A stretch of DNA of 64,000 nucleotides from Antedon mediterranea (Eukaryota; Animalia; Echinodermata). The position numbers were made by a program, and so were the translations under genes. The stretch spans positions 26,770,795 through 26,834,794 of the forward strand of contig NC_092670.1 in assembly GCF_964355755.1 (NCBI RefSeq). The letters run 5' to 3'. The notes under the pieces are model-generated. The model worked only from the letters and a program-made list of their open reading frames with translations, ran no database searches and was not told the DNA's origin. Of this stretch, positions 25,001-34,663 are shown piece after piece. How positions within the stretch are numbered: the stretch's first letter is position 1; the number at the start of each line of letters is the position of its first letter.

Positions 25001-26401
25001 AGTAACCTTCAATTTTAATTTCGTTGTCAGATACCGAATCATCAATCCATGTTTCGCTAATGGAGATAATGCCAGCTTTACTTTTATATGCAATATCGCG
25101 CAGTTCCAGTAGTTTGGGGATCATTGATCTTGTATTTAAGTGTAGAATGTGTATTCCTTTCTGTTTAAACCGCATGAAGTCTTCAGGAGCGACGTTATAA
25201 TTAAATAATGGGGGTGGTGTTCTTAATCCTATGTCATCGTTATGATTTCCACAGGAATCAAATGGGAGATGTTTCCAGCTGCATTCCACGCATACATAAT
25301 CAAATTCAGTATTGTTGTTTACAATGTACTTGTATCTTTTGGGCGTCATGAAACCATCAGTACACTTTATATGAGTCCACTTATTACACTCATCACACGA
25401 TATGGCTCTGCTTCTGGTAGTGACGCGCCGTTGACATTTACCACAACAATTGTTTGATACAGGTACATTCGCTGGTCCAGGATTGGATTCGATGTCACCA
25501 CACCATAGTAAGCAGATAATTAAAGTTCTACATGCAAGCTGTCTGGGGTTCCGATGAAGATTATAATCATAATGCGAGAATTTTTTGGTTGATGTAAATA
25601 GGTACGTATAACACTCACCGACTACATTCTGGAAATCTTTCGATGTATGGTTATCCAGATAAATTGAAGAAGGGCATAACTTATGAATGACTTGTTCATG
25701 TTCAGGATGATGGTGTGATCTTTTTAACACCATAACATATAGTGACAGCGCCAGAAAAATACCATTCATACTTCCCGCCATATGATGTATCCTTATACAC
25801 AAATAGAAAGGAAAAGTACACTCACCAATTGTGCTTGCCGAAAACAAAGGCCAGCACGTTTTTGCTCTGCAGCGGAATGTATCGAGTTATGCGGTAACAA
25901 AATGACAATGTGTCCAGGTGGTCATGGAATGCAAGTGAATTCGCTTCGTCATTTGGTTGTTAAAAGTCAATAGCTAGATTCTTAGTTAGTACCCTTATCC
26001 AATGTTCAGCAGGGTTACCAAAACGAAAATCAAATCAATCGAAATACAGTTACAGAGTCCAAACTTTCACTGTAAAACTACCGGTATAATACAAACAATC
26101 AAAACTAAAAAAATAGCAGGTTAAGATTCGGTAAAACAGCAGGTTAAAATTCATAAAAAACAGCAGGTTAAAATGCAATAAAAGTTGTTCAGGTATAGCA
26201 TAAAATAGCGTTAAAATTGTGATAGCGAATTAATTCCAGTCATAACTCAGGCCGGTTGCAATAGGTCATCGGCATCTACTGTAGTCCCCTTTTACAATCA
26301 ATGGTGTAGGCGAGAATATTTGAGTTGAAAGCAACTATCGGGGCCTAGCGGAGCTCGCTCTTAACACGACCGTTCTGGACGAAGTAGGAATTGATTTTTT
26401 T
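22004..26401 (-). mobile_element. Apparently full-length, intact single-ORF LINE (L2/Crack/Daphne group) inserted into the L2 element
   Basis: 5-bp TSD GAGTT (21999-22003 and 26402-26406); 3' tail AATAAAT(GAAA)n on the - strand; uninterrupted 1179-codon ORF; host frame KTE|LLVLTPP restored on removal. Confidence 0.9.
22308..25781 (-). CDS. LINE polyprotein: hydrophobic leader, 2A-like peptide, PHD finger, AP endonuclease, reverse transcriptase
   Basis: First ATG (MAGSMNG) at 25781 (ORF track starts at a TTG, 25847); LLWCGDIESNPGP; CGKC..CDEC..HIKC..CVEC; HLNTRS/ISETW/GDFN/SDH APE motifs; DLKKAFD, GVPQGSILGP, LYADD RT motifs. Confidence 0.93.
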   Translation of the reverse strand: MAGSMNGIFLALSLYVMVLKRSHHHPEHEQVIHKLCPSSIYLDNHTSKDFQNVVGECYTYLFTSTKKFSHYDYNLHRNPRQLACRTLIICLLWCGDIESNPGPANVPVSNNCCGKCQRRVTTRSRAISCDECNKWTHIKCTDGFMTPKRYKYIVNNNTEFDYVCVECSWKHLPFDSCGNHNDDIGLRTPPPLFNYNVAPEDFMRFKQKGIHILHLNTRSMIPKLLELRDIAYKSKAGIISISETWIDDSVSDNEIKIEGYSVLRRDRDRKGGGVCTYIRDDIAFNRRSDIESDEAEVLWIELILPKTKPIIIGTCYRPPKQTNFLTLFENMLSKIGMDSELIVVGDFNICTLTKSSLLNSYNQILSMFSLSNKVTEPTRICPTVASCLDHILCNNENKISQSGTIATGLSDHLMTFCTRKTIKLKFNGHKNVYIRSLKNYTVDQFRNILIDIDWSVVTSIGDVNEALYKFNALLLAAIDSIAPLKNIRMKQRTEPWLTREILQDIETRDKLLNMYNKNKNNTDILIQFRKLRNKIQRDINKAKSNHLLNKAEENKNNPKKLWKMFKGLGYSNTSKDSAKTVIDLPNGTKCFDPAKIASCFNEYFTTIAANLVSKLPSPKNVYDCTSSKLKDFYRTVSGNNFMLNSVDEDFIYSELNKLNATKSTGVDKIPPRFIKDGAEILKVPTTYIINLSISTSTVPEDMKKAKVIPLYKKGSRTDIGNYRPISILSTMSKILEKAVFIQIEKYLTENNVLYKYQSGFRAAFSTDTCLIDLVDSLKTQTSKGNFSGMVLVDLKKAFDTVDHDILCNKLKLMGIGSIEWFKSYLSIRKQIVTVDDHCSQSCTVTCGVPQGSILGPLLFLCFVNDMVTCIDPDCKLLLYADDSAIVYSHRNPDIISKKLGSTLDSLCDWLVDNKLTINLDKTECILFGSKRKTKNVNNFNVSTNGNNINTSNCVKYLGIEIDQNLTCSEYACKTIKKINNRLKFMYRQRKILSCKNRKLLCSALIQCVFDYAASSWFCGTSKAIQRKLQIAQNKMVRLIKGVEPRRHIGADQLDDYGLLNVKYRVKFLQISQVHKIFMGRSASYLNENFRRVNNLHGHFTRGSKLNFVVPKVQGIECNTFYFNAIREWNNLPDYIKQISNTSKFKTELKQYYKIKHR

Positions 26402-27195
26402 GAGTTATTAGTTTTAACTCCACCAAAAGTCGACATTAGTAATAGAAATATTCAACTGAATATTGGTGAAATTATTTTTAAACCCTCCTACACAGTTAGA
26501 AATCTTGGTGTGGTGTTTGATGTTTTTCTTCGTATGACACCCCGCATAGATAATGTCTGCCGTACTGTAAATTTTTTCTTAAGGGCATTGCGTAGAATAA
26601 GAAATTGTTTAGACAAAAAAACGTGTACCGAGGCTATGAGGTCACTAATTCTATCCAGGTTAGATTATTGTAACTCACTATTTGTTGGAATGTCCAAACA
26701 TAACATTTCGAGATTACAAAAGCTTCAGAATCGGGCTGCCAGGTTAATTTAACAAGTACCTATGTTTGTTAGTTCTAGACCTCTGCTTTATGAATTGCAT
26801 TGGCTACCTGTTGAAAGTAGAATCACTTTGTGTTACTTCATGTCTACAATTGTATAAATAATAATGCGCCCTGTTATCTGAGCAATCTCTTACGGGTGTA
26901 TAGATGTGCTAAGAGAGGCCTGAGGTCCGAGATAGATCACACTAGATTGGATCACTGTTTCGAAAAGCGGACCTCTGGAAATAATACTTTCTCAAAATTT
27001 GGACCGGTGATGTGGAACGAACTCCCGTCTGTGATCCGGGAACAAACCAAGGTTTTAAAATTTAAAAAAGCCCTCAAAACACATCTATTTCCTAAGAAGT
27101 AACTCATTGTTGGGTCTGCTGATGTAAAGCGCTTTGATCATTTTACACTAATTTGGAAAAGCGCTATATAAATAAAATAATAATAATAATAATAA
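26402..27195 (+). mobile_element. L2-clade LINE 3' part with conserved 3' stem-loop and (AAT)n tail
   Basis: VRNLGVVFD; SRLDYCNSL..LQKLQNRAARLI; LHWLPV; FKKALKTHLF; AAGCGCT...AAAAGCGCTATATAAAT then (AAT)n. Confidence 0.9.
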
Positions 27196-28439
27196 TTGAT
27201 AGAAAACAATTATATTTTACACAGCCTGTATATACTGTACTTTTATAGTTAGGCCTGCTAGCCTGGCCTAAATAGTCTAGGCAAGGCCTAGCTAGTGACC
27301 ACCTGCATACTGTACAGTAAAGTAGGCAAACACGGCTAGCTACGATCTCTACGTATTTGGGGTCAATTTAAGGTCAACCTTGATTTTACGAATCCCTTGT
27401 TTTACGTACGCCTTTCGGTCCCGTACCGTATGTAAAATGAAGGTTCTACTGTATTTATCAAAATTTACCTGGCATTTTAGTAAATTACTTTAGTAAATTA
27501 ATTTCGATAAATCTATAATTATATTACAATCATTGAATCAGTCCTGATTTAAATGCAAAATGTGCAAAATAGATCAAAAACTATACTCGTTTTGTATACG
27601 AATAAGCTTTACGAATATGAAATGGGGATCAGCTCAAAAGTTTCACAAATGTGTGACGTATTCGTTTTCGTTATCGTATTCGTAAGGTTGCGAAAACCCC
27701 CTAATATTAATTACCGGTTAGAGTAAGACATCATTTTTAGGAATTTGTCAATAGCAGATTAATAGCTGATGGTCTGTGCACTACAGTATATAAATAATGA
27801 ATATTCAAGTCATATTATGTGTGCATTGGTACAACAAATTGTATACAGTGAAAATAAAACATTTCTTTCACTGAATTATTTAGTTCTATTGCACGAATGC
27901 AAAACATCCATTATTTGTTTTACATTGAACGAGAGGCTAGGCCTGAATCATTTGAAAAAGCAGAATTTCAATTTTGAATACATTGGAGTACTGTAAAACA
28001 ATTATAGACAGTGCACACTACTAGTACTATGAATAAAAATGTTTTCCTTTTTATATTTAATTCAGCATTTATATACCACTATGTTTTAATCAGTATTTTT
28101 TAATAAATACAAATGAAAAATAATGAATATGAAAATAATAAATTTTTACTGTACAGTTCAATTAAACTTTGACCCACGAAAGTCAATACCGTATTTCCCT
28201 TTTTAAATTGATCTTCCCTATGAACATTCACATTCAATTACAATTGATGACAAGATAGTAGTCATAATGATAATACAGTAGTTCTATGATAAAAAAGTTT
28301 TGTAGGCACCCTCTGTTAACAATGTTTTTTTTTGCTATTGGCCGAAAAAATTGGGATTCTTGGTCACTACAGGGGCCAAAAGGTCAATATGGTCAAAGTT
28401 AATTAACTACTGGGTGTATTGGAATATTTTTTGTGACAA

Positions 28440-29130
28440 ACTACTCAGAAGACGCATATTTCTATTAATTCAAATCGGCAACTTTTGCCAAAAGTAGACG
28501 GAAACCCATTTTCTGAATACTGGTCAAGAAATTGGCGATATGAATATCTCAGCAACTGGTCAGATAATGATAATTGTGGTCTCAAATTACTCGTTTATAT
28601 TTGTTCTTCTATTACTAATGTAATAAAAATCATAAAACTGTCAATAAACCCCTAATTTTGACCTTTGATATATAGCCGGCACAAACATTTTTGGCTTAGT
28701 TTAGAGAGCACACTTTTCATATCACAGAAATTGTTGGACGGATTATGGTCATAGTTGGTCTTACTCAGAAGATACATATTTATTTTCACTATAATGGATA
28801 TTACTTTGCCAAAAATGACAGTAAAATTGGTCAAGAAAATGGCCATATCAACATCTCAGCAACCACTAGTCAGAAAGTAATCATTTTAGTCTAAAAAATT
28901 AAGTATACAGATATTTATATTTGCTCTAATACAATAGAAATACACAAAATGTTAAAAAACACCTTATTTTGACATTTAATCTATAGCTGGTACAAACATT
29001 TCTGCGTGGAGCACATTTACATTTTTAATAACCAGCGAATATTTTCTTGCTTATATCAAAATACACTCGTATTGATGTCACCCTAATGAACCAGAAAAGT
29101 GATACAGTAATTTTGGTCTCAAATTAATAG
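28440..29130. repeat. Degenerate ~320-bp tandem duplication (probably internal to an unclassified DNA element)
   Basis: ACTCAGAAGA(C/T)..CATAT at ~28443 and ~28762; GGTCAAGAAA.TGGC.ATAT..A.ATCTCAGCAAC at ~28522 and ~28829; TTTTGAC.TTT.AT.TATAGC.GG.ACAAACATTT at ~28655 and ~28965. Confidence 0.6.
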
Positions 29131-29649
29131 GAATGAATATGTTTATAACTTTAAAGTAAAGACGAAATAACAAGTTATGAAAAAATGAAGCCTTTCAGGT
29201 ATCACATGATATATATTGAAACGCGTTGCCCACGATACACCATACGGTAGGCTACTTCAGGCCTGTAAACTAGTTTTGATAGAGGGGTTCGAATTTGAAA
29301 GCCTTTGATGGTAATCCGGGAGCCCATGAAGATTTGTTTAGCATTGCGAGTAGAAAAGGTCTGAGGCATAGAATATGTCAAGTGGGGTCCAGGGACCATC
29401 AAAGTTCCCGCCCCTGTACCAACTCTAGGGAGGAGGTTCAAAATTCCCCAAAATTTCAATTAATTAGCATAATCGAGTACATAAATGAAACCACTGCTAA
29501 AATGTTTTTTTTTAGTCTAATTGAAGATCTGTCATTTGTAAATGTCAACTAATTAGCGCTAATTAGCATTTTAATTAGCATGGTCGAGTACATTGATGAA
29601 ACCTTGGACAATACAATAAGTACGTTTACCCAACTGAGAAATTCTCAAA

Positions 29650-29822
29650 TGGCCGGTAGTGGCAATTGGCCAGGTGGCAGGGCCTAGGTGGCAAAAGGCC
29701 TAAGGTGGCAATATGCCACATGTGGCCTTTGGCAAAAGACTGGGTGGCTAAAGCCCAAGTGGTAAAAGGCAGAGTGGCAAAGGACCGGGTGGCAAAAGGC
29801 CAGATGGCGAATTGGCTAGGCC
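29650..29822. repeat. Degenerate ~15-bp GC-rich tandem array (GTGGCAAAAGGCC core)
   Basis: About ten units such as GGTGGCAAAAGGCC, GTGGTAAAAGGC, GTGGCAAAGGACC; resembles subterminal repeats of DNA transposons. Confidence 0.7.
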
Positions 29823-30059
29823 GTGAGAACAAAATGTGAAACCAATGTGGCAATGTTTATATTTAGAGACAACTGAAGATCCATCACCTGTAGGCCTACC
29901 TATACCACTTATTAAGAAGACCACTAATAATAATAATAACTAGATTTAATTCGTCACTATGACGAATTATAGGTTATATGCATTGATCTAAATAAAGATA
30001 ATTGATTTTTAAAAGATATATTGATTGATTGATTTTCTCAGAATCTTTAATTATTTATA

Positions 30060-33000
30060 TAGTCCAGTCAATCTAGCAAATATAAGGGGGTGACCCACCA
30101 CTAATTGCAAAAGAATTTATTTCACTGCAGTGCATTTCAGCATGGCTCCCTAATCAACATACTAAAAGTCCCCAAAAATCTAAGCATGGGAAATTTGCTA
30201 ATTTGCATAATATGCAAATTAGCTTCCGCCATTAGAAAAAAATCAAAATATTGCCATAACTTTGGATTGGACTGTCCAATTGAAACAAATTAAGTGTTCA
30301 AAGGTATGTTGTCATGGTCAGTGAACAAGATAAACATACTTTTAAATTAATTATTTGATTCTAATTTGCATAATATGCAAATTAGTTATTGAAATTGTGT
30401 AAAACAGATCAGAATTATGCTAAAACTTTAGTTTGGATGGTCTGATTTAAACAATTAAATGTTCAGAAGTATTAATGACCAATTACCATGATAGCCATAT
30501 TTTTATTTCAATTCAGTATAATGCATATAATTTACATAATATGCAAATTAGCTCATAAATAGAAGTACCTTTATTCTGGGTACAAACATTAGACTGGAAG
30601 CACCTAACTAAATAAGCAAGTACCGGTAAGGTTTTGGCAGAAAATATAAATGAACTAGAAGTCATATATCAGAAAGTCAGCAAAAGTATTCATAATATAT
30701 AAACAAGACAGTCATACCCTTAATCAAATTACAGTTTATGAATATTTACAAAATATGCAAATTACCAATAGACTGGATACACAAATATACAACAAACAAG
30801 TGGGGTTTTCCTGAATACATGAACCATATAAAAAAGTCATCACATCTATGTGTGAATATTGTACATCATGAATTTCAGGTTTTACCATACACTGCATCCA
30901 GATTGTTAGGAATCAGTTATATAAATCATTTTGGAACATTTCATAGAATGGGACTCATTGCCACTTTTACACCAGAAAAATGTCTACATAAACCTGTACC
31001 TAGAATGTCAGTTACAACATCATCAAAGTAGGCAGGATTAACATCAAAACTTTCAAATCCCAGCACACAGGACTTCAATCAATGGAAGTGTATGATTCAA
31101 CGTATCATGTTGATCTTCTGTGGGACGTTTGCTCTTCGCCCCAAAATGCCTGGGTGGTCAGGTCTAATGCAGGCCGTAAATCATGGTAATTATCCTGGAA
31201 AATCATCGATGCGATTCCTGCTCATGATAGATTTAAATCCATCTGACATGTCATGTATCTTCTCCACACTCTCGTATGTTTGTGAACAAGCTAAGTCATA
31301 CAATGTCACACTGGTTATTACATTTGATCAACCACTTTGGTGGAAAGCCATGATGATCATCGAATCAGAGCCAGATTGCAGTTATCTGAAGTCCATTGTT
31401 CTGAGACTAGGGGGCTTACATATGGAAATGAGCTTCTTGGGCTACATTGGTTATATTATGGCAGGAAGTGGTCTACAAGTGATCCTTGAAGTAGCATATG
31501 CAGGAAATGCCGTCAAGCATGCTGAGTGGAAAAGCAATCTCCAGAGCAGTCCGAGGACATCTCTTGGTTGATGCTGCCTTACATACCATATTACTAGCTA
31601 ATGCATATAATCTTCCTATATCCCCTTTTCAACCTGATCAACTACAACACAATCGAGACACGGAAACAACCTGTGAGAACGATCAAACAACAGAACATTC
31701 AGAAGAAGTGGAAATAGAAGTTGATGCTGACATTATTCCAAACACACGGCCAGATCAAGATTTGCTCGAAGCCAGTAAGATTTTGGATAATCTATTAAAT
31801 GATCCCGACGCTCATATTGACCTTTCCTCTTCAGATGTCCTTACAAGAATTACTCATAGATTGAAAGACGAGCGGAACTTACTTAGTGATAAAAGGACTG
31901 CCCAACTCTGGTTGCAATATTTGGACATGGTTGCTGTTTTAAAAAAATTCATAAAAGCTGAACGTGGGAATTGGACTTTACATCTTTCAGCAGTAAAGGA
32001 TATGTTACCTTTTTTTGCTGCGGCTGGGCATAACCTGTACACAAAATCTGCGTATCTGTACTTGCAAAAAATGTACCAACTCGAAAAGACTCACCCCAAT
32101 GTCTGCACCAACTTCATAAATGGTTTTCATGTGATTAGAAGAAGTGATCGGTACTGGGCAGGACTATCTACCGATCTTATTATTGAGCAAGTCCTAATGA
32201 GAAGTGTCAAAACAAGTGGTGGGTTAACGAGAGGTAGAAGCATGACAGAAGTTCATCGGTTGACCTGGGTACTGGGAATGCCTTCTTGTGCCGAGGTAAA
32301 CTTTGCAATGCAAGAGCTCACCAGTGTTAACTACAACACTAGGGAGCAACACAAAGACGCATCACAATCTCGTCAAAAAAAAGACACAGAAGATACTTAT
32401 AAACTAATCGAAGCATTCAAGGAGTGGGATCCATTTGGTAGTGAGTCATCACTGCGTAGCATAGTAAGTGGTGTTGCTGCTACTGACAATGTAAATGTTG
32501 ACCAGGCAAGGTCTGTGGGCCAGCGTATACTTGAATCGATGGTTGGAAAGAACATTGATGAGTTCTCTTTCCAAAGAAAAAAACAAGCAGTCACACTTGG
32601 ATCCAAAACAGCTGTTGTCATTTGCGGAGATCCAGTCCCAGTTGATCCACAATTACTCTTTCAGCGATTAAGTGTTATCGCAACACGTGAAGAGGTGGGA
32701 GATCCCGCAAATTTATTTAAATATGAATTTTGCAGTCATCCAACTGCATTATTCGATAATGTTGGGCTTCCAAGGGAGGCAAATAAGGCGACACTAGCCG
32801 ATGCCCTTTGGGAGATTGTAAAGCAGAATCAGACAGACCCCCCCCCCCCCCCTAATGATCCACATTATGTGCTTGATTGTGGTGCCCTCTTGCAACGTTT
32901 ATCATGGTCAAGAGGTCAAACATTTGACACTATTTGTCATAAATATGTATCATATGTGACAAGTCGGTATGGAATTCCAACTATTGTATTTGATGGTTAT

Positions 33001-34663
33001 GAAGATGGACCTGCAATCAAAGATGCTACACACTGCAGACATACAGGCAGTTCCAATGGACCAAATTTTTTGTTTACAGGAGAGACTTTGCTAATTAAGA
33101 AGAAAAATGAATTTCTGACCAACAAAGTAAACAAGCAACGATTTCTTCATTTGCTGAGTTTACATCTTGAAAAGGCAGGTTATACAACAATTCATGCCAA
33201 AGGAGATGCAGATATCCTAATTGTCAAGACAGCAGTTGAGTCAGCAAGGGAGTTCTTGTTGGTGACGATCTGATTTGCTAATCCTGCTTTGCTATTATGG
33301 AGATACAATTGAGAAGGACCTCTTTTTTATACCAGAAATAAAGACCAACACCAAAAAGCACAAGGTATGGAACATACAGAAAACAGTGATGATCTTGGGG
33401 AATAAATTATGTTCCAGACTTTTCTTTGTGCATGCTTTACTTGGATGCGACACAACGTCGAGAGTATTTGGTATAGATCGGAAATGTAGCACTGAAGCAA
33501 GTCCAGAACAGTGTTGATTTCCAGCAATTTTCTGACCTGGTTACTAAAGAGGGTGCGACAAAGAAAGATATAATTGCAGCAGGAGAGGACTCTCTGATTC
33601 ATCTCTATAAGGGCAAGTATGGTGAAAGTATATACGTTCTACGGTACAAGCGATTCTGTGAGAAGGTGGCAAAGAGTAGCACATGTGTTGAACCACAGAC
33701 ATTGCCTCCAACATCTGCAGCTACACAATACCATAGTCTGCGAGTATATTTTCAGATACAAAGAAAGAAACTGCTGCACAAATGAAAGCAGAAGAATGGA
33801 GATGGAAGGTAACTAATGGACAACTGCTGCCACACACATCTCCCGGCTGCACCTGAAAAGTTGATCAAGATAAATCAGATGTAACTGCAAAACTGGTTGC
33901 AGTACTTGCAGATGCACTTGTAAACTATATTCAATTAGTTGTACATGGATATGTGGGGTGTGCAAAGGTTCCAGTTGCACAAACTCTTCTTCAGTAGATA
34001 TAGATGATCTCAGTGATAATGATTGATATGCTTTACAACATTTGAAATTCCAGAATCATAAAGTTCTTTATTTATTCCCGATTATTTTTAAACAGGTAAA
34101 ATCAAGAACAATATTACACTTTAGATGATCCGAGTTTGCCTAAATTATATGCAAATTTGATTTAAATTTTAAAATCAATGTGGTTCTTTAGACATTGTTT
34201 TATTGAATCCAAATTCAAGATCCTTGTTGCGTGATTACTGTATGAAGGAGCTAATTACAAATTATACATAATCCTATTAATGTTATTAATATGCATATTT
34301 TCATTTCGAAAATTCACTATTAAAACAAAAATACGACATTTGCAATGTTAATTTTGAATAATATGCAAATTTATTCTAATTTATTCCTAACGCGTGTTTA
34401 ATCTTTCTATTGACCATGAAAATGTGAGTTTTACTGCTTAGTTTGATTGAATTGCAGCATTTTATGCACATTTATAAAGAAAATAGATTAATTCATCATG
34501 AAAAAATGCTAATTTGCATATTATGTAAATTAGACAAATTTCCCATGTTGGGATTTTGGGGGACTTTTAGTATAGTGTTTAGGGGACCATACTAAAATGT
34601 ATTGTAGTAAAAAAAATTCTTTTGCAATTAGTGGTGGGTGAAGGTACTATTTTGACTGGACTA
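30060..34663 (+). mobile_element. AcademX DNA transposon (decayed, probably internally deleted)
   Basis: TAGTCCAGTCAA...TTGACTGGACTA termini; ~160-bp imperfect TIRs; 3-bp TSD ATA, confirmed against the empty site TTATTTATAATATATG in HINE copy 1. Confidence 0.88.
30930..34026 (+). pseudogene. Academ transposase with XPG/PIN-like nuclease domain and C-terminal Cys-rich (CXC) finger; frameshifted
   Basis: GTFHRMGLIATFTP; PGWSG; VITFDQPLWWKA; LRLGGLHMEMSFLG; GLSTDLIIEQVLM; YVLDCGALLQ, IVFDGY, GDADILIV, HALLGCDTTS; CNCKTGCSTCRCTC..SC..ICGVC..SSCTN near 33880-33985. Confidence 0.85.

Noticed and set aside
27585-27704. Complete Harbinger MITE (right end GCGAAAACCCCC|TAA)
   Set aside because: No matching left terminus found.
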